Assembly (NCBI GenBank): GCA_965153455.1
Contig: OZ234493.1
Span: forward strand, 11,212,213-11,276,212
Reading direction: 5' to 3'
DNA: 64,000 bases
Source: Sphagnum compactum
Taxonomy: Eukaryota
Shown here one piece after another: positions 13,880 to 27,800 of the stretch (positions are counted from its first letter, which is position 1; each line of letters begins with the position of its first letter). Both the position numbers and the translations under genes were made by a program. Under the pieces are notes generated by a model. The model had not been told where the DNA came from. It ran no database searches and was given only the letters and a program-made list of their open reading frames with translations.

Positions 13880-14170
13880 CTCATATTATTTAAATTTAAA
13901 TTAAATCTTGACTAAATTAACTATGGTTGAATTAGCTTTAGTTAAATTAATTAAGGCTAAACTAATCATAAAGTTAAACTAATTATAACTCAATTAATTA
14001 TGATTAAATTAGTTTTAATTAATTTAACAATAGTTAAATTAATTTTGCTAAAATAACCATGGCTTAACTAATTTAACTAAATTAAGCATGACTAAATTAG
14101 TTATGATTAAATTAACCATCATGATTAAATTTATTTTGTTAAATCAATCACGACTAAATTAACTTTGCCT
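13880..14170. repeat. AT-rich degenerate short-period (~15 nt) tandem repeat
   Basis: Many TAAATTAA / TAAATTAG cores at roughly regular spacing. Confidence 0.6.
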
Positions 14171-15597
14171 AATGATTGGTTGCAAATGACAATTTCTACT
14201 AGTGATTGAAAGATGGTGTGGTGTCAAATTGCATTTGGAAAATGTTTGATGAAGATTTAACCTAACGAATGAAGGACTACACATGATAAAGATGGGCCAT
14301 AAAGTGTTAAAGCTTTGAGTGGTTGGTGATCATGTGAAGCATGAGATTTTAGTTGAACTTATCTACAATGTCAATGTTTTCTTTGTACTATATTGTGTTT
14401 ATTGTTTGTTGCATGTGATTTCCTTTGTTTGTCCTTTTTCAAGGAGTTTGTATTGATGCATGTTGGTGCTACTTTCTGTATTTGTTGGTTTATACTTCAT
14501 GAAGTAAATCTTCAGCCTTTCTTTCGGTGTGTGTTGTTTGTTGAATGCAATTTATATTGTGAAGGTTACCAAGGTGCAACAAAGAGGATTTAAGCAAAAA
14601 AAAATTTGATTATTGGGGTTCGAGTTTTGGAAACCTAAGCACATTTCTTTCGAAGTTTAAACAATCTAATGTTTTTCTTCGAGTAGGAGGATGATGGCAA
14701 AACCTTATGTTTAGGTTTGAAGTTCTCAATTATTCTTTTAGTGTGTATTGAGGATTAGGTTGAACATAATAAGCTAGTCAGATGTTTCAAATAGAGGCAC
14801 ATTTGGAAATGATGGACGTCTTTAGGGAGTTTGAAAGCTAACTTAAATTTGTTTCACAACCTAAAGTTTTCTATATTTAAGAATACTCTGATTTTTGTTT
14901 TTTGTGATTTGGTAATGAATGGAAAATAAGAAATACTATTTTGGGAACTTCAAGAGTTGCATAGCTTGAATGTGGGGAACTTGAAAGTTTCCATGAGGGA
15001 ATTTTATATTGCAGAACTTTATATGAAAGTTTTTTTTTTCACTTATTTGAACTTCCTAGGAAAATTGAAGATTGGGGTTTTTCAAATTTTTAACCAAAAT
15101 GCTTGGCAAGAACAATTAAGATCTAGTGGGATTTATGGGAGCCTATGCAAATGGGAAAAGTATAAGATTTTCAATGTGGTTATTTTTAATCTGGATTTAA
15201 ATTATTTTTTCAATGCTTGGTCATAATTGCAGTTTACATATACTTTCATGAGTGCTGAAACTATGATACAAGATTGGTTGGTCAATAATAGTAAACTTAT
15301 TATCTTTTAAAACATATTTTAAGATAATTTTTTGAAACTTAATTTTTGAATACTTGGAAAGGTTTAGATAGTTTAAAAAATCTTTAAACGTCAGTTGTAA
15401 AAATAATTCTTTTCCGAATTTCATACCAGCAGCATGCTGAATGTTTATCTAATCCATTTAACATGCATACCATTTTTTTAATAGAGCTTAGCTCACCAAA
15501 GACAACAACAAATTGTTATATAAAAAACAAAGAAAGCATAAGATGTAATCAAAACACAATATTGACACAAGTTGTAATGACAACAGACATTCACCAT

Positions 15598-18500
15598 TTA
15601 TCTGTTGAAAAGGTGATATGTTGAATTCTTACGTTGAATTGCATGTTCCAAATGCAAATATTCTTATAAGCAATCAACTCGATCATTCAAAGAGTGAGGT
15701 CAAATTCTCTTGCAGGTTGATATGATGTTAATGCTTAGAACATATTGTGGTGCCATCATCTGATTGAAATTAAACATTTTCAAGTGAAATGTTTTGCTCT
15801 CCTGAACTCAAAATGTCTTTTTTGACCTGTGCAGTATGCTCAAAGGAGGCATGACCACTTTGGGTTTTTGTCATTAGGGTATCCATTAACTATATTGCCT
15901 AGGATTAAGTGCATCAATATGGAGCTTCTAGTGACTTCTCTACTTTGCCAACTTTGAGAAAGACGGGAAAAAGTTTCATCCAGCTGCTAAATACGGATGA
16001 TGGCACCAGTACCACCTTTGCAAGGATCTGTAACAGTCTCATGTTGTTAGAAGGATCCAAAGTGTTTCAGGAATAACTCACATGAACTTGGATCGACAGG
16101 CTTTCACTTGACATGTTTTGTTTTTCAGTTTTCCAGGTTTCACTTGATCAGATTTTGCATTTTGTTGGTGGGGACCTCTGATAATGCAAATGAAGCCATA
16201 AGTGTCAGTAAATTCAATTCAAAGTGCAAACCTGATGATGCATTTGTCGTAAAAGTGAATGCGGCTAAGGCGAGGAATTCCCATTATTCTTCATTACTCT
16301 GGTAGTATGCATGAATGTTCCTTGCTGCCATATCCAGATATCTCTACCCCATGCATCCAGACTAAGCTGGTCAGAAGAAAGCAAAATTAATATTCAAGAT
16401 TACTTTCAGTAGAGATCAAACAGAACAAGGTTTCTGTAGTGGGCTTGATGGCAAACTTTGTGCCAGAAACAGCAACATGAAACAACTATAGAGAAGTAGT
16501 ACCTGGAAGGAAATTTGACATGGAGTTATGGATTAGCTAACAAACCAGAGGCCGCTGGTTACTGAAAATTTAGCCAAGGCCTGGATGCGCCAAGGCTATT
16601 TATGGTAACCAGCAAACATAACCTTCTCAGCATTTGGATGTGGATCACTTTTCAGCCATACACAGAATGAGATACATGTAGCTTAATGTGCGATACAACT
16701 GGGGCATGGATGTCCAATCAGGAAGAGACATCAACAAGTTAGCCTCTGAAGCTCAGAAGCCTAGAACCCTGCAAGTGGTTATGGGTTATGAATTGGTTGA
16801 GAAGACCATCTCTTTGGTGTCAAGTCTGCTTTTCCATAACCTCCTTTGTCTTTCATCAACTCTACAGTATATATTCTACTGTGCTCATGTATATCTGGTC
16901 TGACCAGAATCATGTATCCTTCCCACAGTAGCCTTTAAGATATGCTTCATCCAAAATGGTGTTACAACATGCCAATGCTCAAAGACTATCCCTCATCTAG
17001 AATGACTTGGAGTGCATAAGAGTTGGAAAAAACAAGCTTAACAAATCTTTTTTTCTCTTTGCACAGAATCTTTCAGTCAGTAACTGAGGGTATTACCACA
17101 GATAGCAAAAGTTTAGGTCTATCAGCAGACATCACAGGAGCAAGTATCATGTTAGTGATGTTGAGGCTCATGGGTACCTTGCGAGCATTTCTAGATTTTA
17201 GCAGTGTTGTGGGAATCCCGAACCACTTGCAGGCTGGTATCTACTTATGCCAAATCATCCAAAATATGAGGCCTCAAGAAGAGGGCAACCAATTTGGCAC
17301 AATTTTTATGCCATAAAAGTCCAGTTCTGCCTTGAGTTCTGAGGAGTGAATGTTGAGAATACAGAAACTAAGTAAAGACAATGTGTGTGGATGCTACCCT
17401 CTGTCCTTTACAATCTTTTTGTACTCATCTTTTTCCATGACCTAGATGAAGAAGTAGTTTGGACCTGTAAGTTGTATTGCCTACTTACTGTATATAAAGT
17501 CTAGCATGGACATAGTGGACAACTTAAACCCACGACCACTTGGTTACCCTTGCATATTTTACTCGTGGGTCTAGTCTGCAAAGGGAGAGAAAACACAGAT
17601 CCAGAAAGTTGTGCACAATACCTAACACCAGTGCTTTGGAGAGCTGCTGGAGTCAACTGCAACTGTACCTATCTGTCTTGAACTGTTCTTTGTAATCCAC
17701 TTTGATGTTGTGCACCTCATATAACATTTTAGCTGCACTTGTACCCCAAATAACAACTAATATCCCTTTTTAAAAGACATGTAGGAAGTAGATGCCCACA
17801 AGAGCTTCCTTTTCTGTCTGGCATGCTTGTCGTTTATGCATAGATACTTCAAATTGTTCTTTCTCACAAAAGCAAAGCACTCTACATCTAGTGCTACAGA
17901 TTGGAGGTGTTATGCACTAAACCCATCCCTCAACTACAGCAAGTATGCCTGAATATTGCTGCAGTGGCTGTATCCATAGCCCTCATCTCCTAAACCATTC
18001 TGCCACCCCAGGTTTTGGTATGTGTATGAGAGGTAAGCGCCTATTTGAAACAAGAATTCATGAATTCTGTGCCACAAAATACCAAGTCAAAAGAGAAAAA
18101 GCACGTATAAGTTTAGGCCCCATTCTGAGCTCTCATTCACACAAATTGTGGACCTTCATTATCCAGACAAGCTCTGAATCTAACAAGGGATCCCCCCTAG
18201 TGCAATTTCTTGCATGCCCACTTGACCAAAACAACACCTTGCAGAGCGTAATGTACTGATAGTCATGTTAAGCACAATAACAGCAAGTCCTTGATATTCA
18301 TGTCAAAGAAAGGAATGACTTGCTCAAGCAATTCCTTGCACACTCTTCTGAGCAATAGTACAATAGTCCCCATGGTCTAAAATGTTGCTACAAGAAGTGC
18401 ACCCCTATTAGCAAAACTTCATCCCTCATAGAGTTGTCAGTTACAAAATTGATCAAAAAAAAGGTGGGTTTCTTGAAGGTTCAAATTCACGTAGTGGGTT

Positions 18501-20691
18501 AACATGGATTCCAGTCAAGAATCCATAGAAACCCCATTCCCTTATTGTCAACAAAGGTAGTTTCACAAAAACAAAGTCAAACCACACAGAGTCCAATTTT
18601 ACATTAGCTGAAATGAAAGTTGAAAAAACATGGGAAGATACAATGTCATAAACTGTTACAAAAAATTAGGCTTTGAGTCTACTTTGATCACCCTATTCTT
18701 TCATTGTCATTCATTTTCTACAAGATGGTTCTTGTGTCATGCCCATAATCACAAGCAAAACAGTTTTTTGTCCATGAATGAAGAATGGTCTAGAAGAACA
18801 ACAAGGAGAACCTTTGAAACTTCCAAGTTGGAGTTTAAATAGCATAAACATACAAACCTGCAAAATCTCTGGAAGGTTCATTGTTATCATGAAAGAACAA
18901 TAGAGGTGCAGAAATCAAACTCTTCTGGGTCCAAATTGGGGTCTGGGATTTGGGATCTGTTTCATGTTATATCAGATAAGGTTAGAGATAAGGTTAGAGG
19001 GTTCCTCAAATCCTCAAATCTATTCTCTCATATCATCTCCAAAATTTCTTCAGATTTCCTACAATAATGCATAGCAAGCAATTCTCAATATTTTGAATAA
19101 TGTTATGATAAGGAGGGCATAGATCAAAATTCTTATGCAAAATTGTAGTTTTGCTCAGAAATCCTCACAATTGACATTGTGTTGCGTAAGCTGCCCCTGC
19201 AGGTTTCATGTGAGGAAGAGGAGGCAGAGAAGACATTGGAAAGTTACTCCTCCTAGTATGTCTTCTATTCCCACTATGGTATGATGCTTGATTTGGTTGG
19301 CAGAAATCATCCAAGAATTGAGTTTCTGGTGTTAAGATGGAATGTCCTGACATTGTATTGACATGGAATGTATTTAGTTGGGCAAATAACAAATTTGCCT
19401 ATCATGAATTATATCTCCATGTGATCTGAATCTCATCTGCAATCCCCGCATACATATCTACATTACACAACCTTCCATCTGCATCAAATCTCTGAATGAA
19501 ATCACCGTAAAGATTTTAATCAAGCTTCCATGGTCAGCTGAAAAGAGTAGGAGGCAAAATTTTAGTGCGAAAACTTGAGTGGAATGTATGAAAATATTTG
19601 AATTGGGAGTACGCTTTGGATATCTTCTGATTGACATTTCCTTGGCTTGTGCAGTAGGGGGAGAAGGAATTTTTGGGTGTAAATTCTTTTGGTTTGTGTT
19701 GGTGTTCTCTAGCAGGATGCTGAGTTATCAATCATGTTGTGGATTGACATTCTGCAGAGATCATAATGTTGTATACATATCTGGTTCTGGGCTTAAGATT
19801 GCCAGCTTCGTTTTTTCTGGGCTAATTTTTGCATTGCTTCCTCTTCTCAATCTGTATAAATATTGATATGAGGATGACAAAGGTGATGTACCCTATGAGT
19901 TACTCTTATAAGATTATGACCTCACTTGCATATTACCTTCAAAGTATTATTGTGGAGATTTCTCTACAATCTCATTGATATGAGAAGATGTTGTTCATTG
20001 ATGCTTGACATATGGATGGTTATGTATTTCAGGCTCTAGCTGAAGAGCAGATGTCAATCTGCAAAGAGAAACATCAATGCTCTTCATTTGCTACTTTACT
20101 TGGTTGAAGTTTATGGAAGTCTGAGCCACAGATGAAATGAAAAAGTGGTTTGTAATAGAGACTAAAAGGCAATCTTTTCCAGTTGACAGGTTCAATCATT
20201 TCCTCAAAAATCTCAACTTACTGGTTGTTTGCATTGTTGCTGTAAAAGATGGGGAGGATGTCATACAATCTGGGCATGATGTGTAGTCGATTCTATTTGG
20301 ACAATGCATTGTGCAAGAGGTGTGTTTTCCTTTTGCTTCCTTTCCTGGATTGCCTTTACATAGTCTTCAATTGAGAAGCTGAAAATTGGCCAATTTCCTT
20401 TTCCTAAGATTCAGTCTCTAGAAATAGCACAAATCACTATACATGTGAGGTCATGCAAAGGATGTGGTTTGGGGCAGTTGGTGGAAATGTTTTTGAGAGG
20501 GATTCCTCCTATCTCATTATCTAATGTGATTTTCAATGGAAAAGTTAGAGAAGAAGATAGAGGACTTTTTTGGAGAAAGGGTTGTTGTAGCGTGAGAATC
20601 TCTTAATGTACAAATGCAAATTGTGTCATGGGAGATTTTTGAGTGCTGATGTGAAAAATCGTTTACGATGGTTTTTTTCTTTTTTCTTCAT
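15598..20691 (-). pseudogene. ~5.1-kb intronless decayed ORF (~1,700 codons) of unknown identity
   Basis: Hand translation gives long protein-like runs in one frame with scattered stops and a few frameshifts. ORF-track pieces 19534-19731 and 19165-19392 are in the same frame. Example segments: LDSELVWIMKVHNL, RAFSLLTWYFVAQ, LYEVHNIKVDYKEQFKTDRY, ELKAELDFYGIKIVPNWLP, LMSLPDWTSMPQLYRTLSY, QRWYWCHHPYLAAG. Possible start ATG at 20691. Confidence 0.6.
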
Positions 20692-20894
20692 GAAGTGTAA
20701 TAGAAATAATCCTAGTTAATATTTATCATATTATGGTCTTGGTGCAAAAATTTCTTGACCTTTGGTATTCCATCAACCCATCATCATGGTGATAGAACAA
20801 CAAACATGTACTTAATTAATTTTGGACTTTAGAATTGTCCAAAAATAACTATAAACAATTTTGACATATCAAACAACCATCCAAAATGGCTTAA

Positions 20895-21168
20895 ATTCAA
20901 ACTAGGTGGGCACCTGGTCTTTTACAATGAAATTAATAAAGGCAAATTGTTTGGATTAAAATTAGGTGACCATTTGGTCCTTTGCAACAAAATGAATAAA
21001 AACCAATTGTTTGGATTAGAATAAAATGTCCACCTAGTCCTTGCAACACAAATAATAAAGGCAAATTATTTGGATTAAAATCAAGTGGCCACCTAGTCCT
21101 TTGTAATGCAATTAATAAAGGCCAATTGTTTGGATTAGAACCAAGGTGATTGCTTGGTCCTTTGCAAA
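20895..21168. repeat. Degenerate ~60-bp tandem repeat, ~4.5 copies
   Basis: Recurring AATAAAGGC.AATTGTTTGGATTA.AA...GGTG.CCAC(C/T)TGGTCCTTTGCAA at ~60-bp spacing. Confidence 0.85.
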
Positions 21169-21699
21169 TTTATTTGTAACAATTAACAATTAACACATTC
21201 GACATTAATATGAAAGATCCAAGATCCAGAAATTTCAATTACATATACATAGACCATATACATGTGTTCAATGTGTCATTTTGATAAGAGAACTAAAAAA
21301 ATTAAAATTGCAAGCTCTCAAACCCTAAGAATGTTGCTCCTTATTAAGATTAATATACATAAGAACATCAACATTATTTCGAAATAGGAATCCGATTGGA
21401 CAACATCACTTTCTACCTTTCAAAGCTCCAAACATTGTCGCATGATCTACAAATAATACTTTGAATTCATTGAAAACAAAACTTAGTCCATGAATCCATA
21501 ATTAGATATAGGATGAAACCACATAGACATAGACACTTTGAACTTGAAAAAGTTCAAAGTGGATCATACCTAAAGGAAGTTGAATACTTCTACAATCCCC
21601 TTTATCGCTTTTCATGTACTACATGAACCAAGAATAATGTGGGGAAGAAGGACTCAAACATGGCCTAGAATATTTAGCAATGATGTCAAAATGCATTCC

Positions 21700-22150
21700 A
21701 ACTATACTTGTAGAAGGTAATCTAATCAATGTTGGCTATAATCGACATGCAAGGTCCAACCATTGCACCTTATTCTTCAACAACTTATGTCCTTTAAAAG
21801 ACTCAATAAAAAAACCATTGCACTTGGAATTTTGAATAGCCTTGCTTGGTGCATCATCAATGAACAACAATTGGTCTTTTTTTTCAATAGGGTAATCCTT
21901 GACAAGCAAAATACACATGACTTAAATCCTTAATATAATTTAATAAATTCTAGTCATGAGTTCACCTAATGTCATGCAACACTATTCACACCCCAAAATG
22001 AAAAAATATTGTTCGATCAATATTTGCGACAATAGCAAAATAAGAACTTCCAAATGTCCTTCATTAATGTACAAGACCAAATTGCATTTTATTTTATTTT
22101 AAAGGTTTGAATAAGAATATGTTGAACTCCACTTTGTTACAACCCAAGGA
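21700..22150 (-). pseudogene. Decayed FCP1/NIF (HAD-like phosphatase) domain fragment
   Basis: Minus-strand fragments GVQH.L..TF....AIWSC and QLLFIDDAPSKAIQN..CNGFFIESFKG resemble the RPG..EFL...F.V.IWS and LLIDDSP.KA..NP motifs of FCP1-homology proteins. Frameshifted. Confidence 0.45.
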
Positions 22151-24799
22151 GAAGATGGAAGACCCTTACGAAATTCATTCAATTTTTTGTGTGATTTTAA
22201 TGATGATAGGGGCAATAAGAAAGGACCTCCTCAACCACTAGCTACATAAAAGATTGGTCAAAAGTTCATCTTTTAATACCATTTGTCGTCTACTTTTGAT
22301 TGATGTGGATGGGAATCAATATTTATCCAAAGTTGAAGTTAACCTGTAACCATTCAGACAAATGCAAACTTGCAAGGTTGGTACCAGCTCAATGATAAGT
22401 ACCATTTGATCACAAAGCAAGGACAAACCATTTGTGCTTTGATGATTTATGCATCGACTCAAGATTTTTGACCATCAATTGGAAAACATATATCATTTCC
22501 ACCTTTCCATTCCCTGGAGAAATCCTTGGAGGGATGACATATGAACATACTAGCTTTATAATTACCAAGAAATCAATTTCTCTTCACAACTCAAAGGAAA
22601 GCATAAACTTTAGTCATCATAAGCTCACTAGAAAGCATTTTCCTCTAGCATCAGAAGGAGTAGAAGAGCTACAAGAAAGTTCATGGCCTGCACAAACATG
22701 ATAATATTAATCAACTTAAATGACATGTATTGAGAGAAGTTAACAGAGTCCTTAAATGACATGTACATTGTTTAATATTTGGCAAGTCCAAAATTTTGAG
22801 TTATTGCAATAAGGGAAAAATGTAAATATGTTTGAAAGATAGCTACAAAAGCTACAAACATTCATTGCCATCTGAAATTCAAAACAATCAAATAAAAGGA
22901 TTAGAAATTTTGCACCAATGATACCTAACAATATCCAATAGTTGGATTGTGTCGACCATATGCCATGAGAAGGCATCGCAATATATTCAAACCATCCTCA
23001 CCAAGTGTTAGATGCCTAAGAAACGTTCTTGGGAGATCCTACTAGTAAAAATTGTCACACTACTTCTCAAAGATCTACTGACAACAATGTATGTATGCAA
23101 CATTTTATAGCATTCATCACATGTAACTAATGGAACCTACTTAATCTAGTATATCTCAATCTTAACAACAGAACTACATACATAAAATACAGATTTTGTA
23201 ATGGGGGACATCTTCACCTTTTCAATTTGATTGGAAATACTAGTGGATTATTGATAAAGAGCAAAACCATTATTATTCATAGCAGATAGATCTTAAATGC
23301 CATTGGCCACAATTTTGACATTTGCTTGTTGTGTAAAACGTGCTTGGTAATGCCCATGCACTCGAAACTCTTTTGCACCCACAAATACCTGCCATAGCTA
23401 CCCTTTGGCAAGACACGTCTTAGAAGAGTTCCTGTTGAAATCATTTTTAGTTGCAACAAATTATAATACAACATCAATTGTTGTATTCAAACATCACTAG
23501 TGCCTCAATCACCACACCATCCTACTAAACTTAATGAAGCTTACCTCCCCTCTGAGTTCCATAGGAACCCCACCACTGACAAGAACTTTGAGCTCCTCTT
23601 CCCAAGGACACTCATCATGTACTTCACTTGAGGCCTAATTAGCTCCATTGTGCACATCCAACTTTTCCACATCACAAATTCTTCATTTGAGTCATCCACA
23701 TCCCCACTTCCTTCTATGGGGCCTTCACCAAATCCAACATCATTAACCTCTGCTGCAACTTTCGTGAGGCCACTACTACCAATTTGAATTACAAAGGGTG
23801 ACTAGTGCAACTTTACTCTTCCTTTGTTTCCTCACAACCTGCTCCATAGCCCACGAAGAGCTTCGTAGCTGGCCCCATGTGTGAGTTCTACTTGAGGTTG
23901 TTTTGTCTTTTCTCCAACCTCAACTTCATGTCCTCCTTCCCATGGCACAATGCGATCATCCACATCATCCTCCACATGCTTACTATGTAACCTAGAGATT
24001 GTTCCCATTGCTTTAATCCATCACATAACATGGACATCTGATCAAATCTTATTCATCTAATGATCAAGAGGTGATTCATCCAGATGGGATGTTAAGAGGA
24101 TTCATTTAAGAGGATATGATGCATTTAATGATGGAATAAGATTAGATCAGATTCACCACAATTAATGTTGACTTGGGGTGAAGCCTCCAACAACTCCATG
24201 CCCCACACTAGTTACCTATTCAAGGTTGAGTTAAAAACAACCATTTGCAACAATTATACCAAATGGTTGAAATTATGTTCACAGAAAGAGTTGAAACTTG
24301 GGACCTTACAGCAACAATAGGTGCACCAGTTTGTCCACCAATCTTGGCTAAGCTTTACCCATCATGCACCAACCAACACTTATGAATTTATATCAATCTT
24401 TGCAAAAGAGTAATGATTACCACCTTTGACAATATTGGAAAAAATAGGTTATTCCCATAATAACTTGTGCATGGACGACCAATAGTTAGTGTTAACTAGG
24501 GTTGCTAATCACATTTCAAAACAAGATGGAACCAGAGAAGGCCCTAAATGTAAACTAAATTGATTAAATATACATTATATCATAGCAAAGCCCCAACCTC
24601 ACAAATAAAAAACAAAATACATGCAACCAACTAGGTCTTGAGGCTGATAAAATGTACTTGAAGAGAAAAAATATTTCAATCATCCAAGCTAAGTCCTTAT
24701 GATGGGTGAAATACACCAAAATTCCTTTACATTAGTATGAAACCCAACAAAAAAATCCCTAGAAGCAAGGACGGTAGTTTACAACGACTATTCACTTGT

Positions 24800-27700
24800 T
24801 CTTTTGCAAAAATTGGCCTTTCCATACCAAATTGGTTCCCATTACATCAACTGTGGTGGATCATCATTTTCATTTGTGACTAGCAATGGAATGAAGCCTT
24901 TGCCCACAATAATTTCAATAAGTTGCACCCGAAACCACCCATCTTCAATAGGGGTGCTATGGTGGAAACATGTCTGCCCACCAATCCTTGATATCATACA
25001 TGTTGCAATGATGTCTTCTTTGGTAGGATTTATCAATGCAACTGAGTCCCCTATTTGAAACTGCACACCCAGATCAACATGTTCACTATTTCTACAATAT
25101 ATTTGGATCAAGGCATAGTTATAAAATTTAGCCTTTTGTGACTATTCTAACTATATCCTTGCCACACATAGTAACAACTTTTTCAAATCTCACTTCTTCT
25201 TGTGTGTGTGTCACCTTACATGCACCAAATCGGGCCCGAATGTTAACACCAACTTGCACTGTAAGCATGGTCTTCTTCTTTTTAGCCTAAGATCCACCCA
25301 AATCCCCCCCCCCCCCAAATTCCTTCATTCCAACATATTTGTCAATGTTGACTATTGTCTAGTTTTGGCATGCCACACCATTTTATTATAGTGATGTCTA
25401 ATTCTCTCAATGAAGGAAAGTTCAAATGTGCACCTTTGCAATATGGCCAATATCTCCATGTCTAGTTCTACCTTTGTCTTCAATGGCATGCCCTTCCAAA
25501 AGTCTAGTAGGTTTTATGGATGGTTGCATTTCTATAGGGCATTCAATACCATGCCCCTCCCCAAGCTTTGTACACTTTGTGGTTGTCTACACTTCTACGG
25601 TGTGTGTGGCAAGTTCAGTAGTTCCTACAACGCCTCCTTGACTTGTCAAACTTGCACCTAACACTCTTGCATTTGACTGTGCTAACAATTTTGTCATGAA
25701 CAACTCCACATGAGCATTCAATTTTTCAATTCCCTGAGCATTTGAGTTGCATGCCTCTAAGATTTTCGGTAACTTTGTTTCAATTACTACAATTCGTGAA
25801 AAGAGAATGGTTGAACTGGAATCCTGCCAGATTTGCATGCATTCCCCAATATAATTACAACCTAGTTCAACAAACATCATTGATTATGTAGCACCATCAT
25901 GGCCATGGCAAAATGTAGCCTTCAACACACAAAGAACCAACCTAGGACCATTGCTACATTCAAAGTCTTCAATGTCAAGGTTTGTGCTAACACTATTGCA
26001 CACATGATTACATCAATCCAATCCATTGCTTACTATGGTCAAGTTCTTTTTCATTTTAAACAAAGAATTTGCAATGGAGTATATGGGCACAAAAAGAATC
26101 TAGAATTAGACAATGATCAAGATTGTAAAAAGCATGGCAATTTGGGGGTTTTTGTCACCATTCTTTTGGATTTAAAACAAAAAACCTTTAATATAGAGCA
26201 AACCTTGTAATGCAAGATTGTAAGGATGACCAACATTTCAATCAAGTTTACCAAGATTTGCTTGTAATATACCTAAGTTGATGACAATTGTAGTTGAATG
26301 AAAATGCACTTACCTATGTCTGTTTATAAATTTGTGGGTTTGGAAACATTCATCCATTGAACCATAATTCAAAGATTGTTTGCAATTTATCCCTTAATAC
26401 AACTACAAGGATGTATCCATATGCATTTGTGGGAACTCACTGGGTTTCCATTTGTGCCAATTAAGGCTAGCTCTGCAGGTGCCACCTCAGATAATGATGG
26501 GCTTCGACACGCAAGCTTTTTCTACAACCCAAAAAAATGCATCCATAGAGCTCTAGGGGTAGGGAATTATATCTTCTATTATTCATATGCTTATTGTCAA
26601 CAATTTATACACATTTTCAAAGACAAAAATATCAAGTTTAAACAAACACATACCAATTTGGCTTCAATAGTAGCTTTTCCACCATGACCATATTTGCTTA
26701 ATTTTGTGACTGCGCCTCTTGCACCTATTAGTTGGGAGGTCTTTTTTTGTGTGTTGCATTTTTCCCAATATTTAACAAGTGTTACCGATTGGTCTGCATC
26801 CACACCAAGAGGGCATCCAGTTTGCCCATCCTTTTGATATCGTTTTTTAAAATGGGATCTTTTAGACTTCATGAATCATTTGACACAATCCCTAAAGTTG
26901 CGAGCACTAAACTCGTGATGGATATATTCAAATAAATTATCAAGTTGATTGCAGAGCTCAACCATGTCCACAAGGTTTTGTTCACCCACTTTAACAACAA
27001 CCATATTTAGGATACGAGGTGCAAGACCCTGCATTGCATTATCCCATTCATTTTTACCATCGCATGACCCATCAATTTTGCCATGCTTTGTCACCTCCAC
27101 TTTGTGAGGTGGCAATCCTTTCCTCTTCCGCTCTTCTACTTCAAATTCTATGGTCTTTTTTGCCACCTGTTGTTGTGTTTTAATGTTAGCCTTTGACCTA
27201 TTAGATGGTTCTTGCAACTCCTCCCTGGTTGCAGGCAATTTTGCCCCTTGAGTGTTAGTTTCACCTACACCAAACCTACTAGCCCATCCAACCTATATGG
27301 AACCCCTACAACAACCACTAAGCCCATCCCAATTTGCATGGCAGTGGTGGTTTGTTGCCATCCCTTCACAATAGTTATTCCACTGTCCTTGGTAGCCGGC
27401 AGCCCACTGCCCTTGGTGCTTACAGTGCCCATATGGTGGTGGTGGGCAGTTTGATTGTCCCCCTACCCATTGCCCTATGTGTCCATAGTGCCCAAGTTGT
27501 GGCATACACTCTGCTTGTTTATCAACTAATTTCCATTGTTGCCCACCATATCCTAGAGGTGGCCCACCTTGTGCGTTAGGCCTACAATATTCTTCTGCAT
27601 GCTGTGGAGTGCAACCTTCCACCCCCCTTTGACCATGTTGTGAAGGACTAATTGTACAACCTTTCTTTGAATTTGCTCTCTACTTTCAATCATGGTACTT

Positions 27701-27800
27701 GATCCCATGTCAGTAATTTGAAAACATATGTATCCTACACCTAGGCAACTTCCAATAATCAAGACATTCAATAAATAAGAAACAAACATGGATTCATAGT
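24800..27800 (-). pseudogene. Decayed spliced CACTA/En-Spm TnpA-like (Ptta/Tnp1-type) transposase gene
   Basis: ORF fragments KSKRSHFKKRY...CPLGVDADQ.VTLVKYW...SQL..ARG......YG.GGKATIEAKL (Ptta/En-Spm-like) and VAL.NP...IIAT..I......H..P...GWFRV (Tnp1 C-terminal-like). Donor site AAATTG|GTATG near 26655. Multiple stops and frameshifts. No CACTA TIRs located. Confidence 0.6.

Noticed and set aside
19100-19135. DLCPPY as an amino-methyltransferase (D/N)PPY motif
   Set aside because: The spacing does not match the motif and no SAM-binding motif was found, so it is not enough to call.
16000-19400. Initial idea that this stretch is an LTR-retrotransposon pol or a viral RdRp
   Set aside because: No RT, RNase H, integrase or RdRp catalytic motifs appeared in my translations, and no flanking LTR pair was found. 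Left unassigned.
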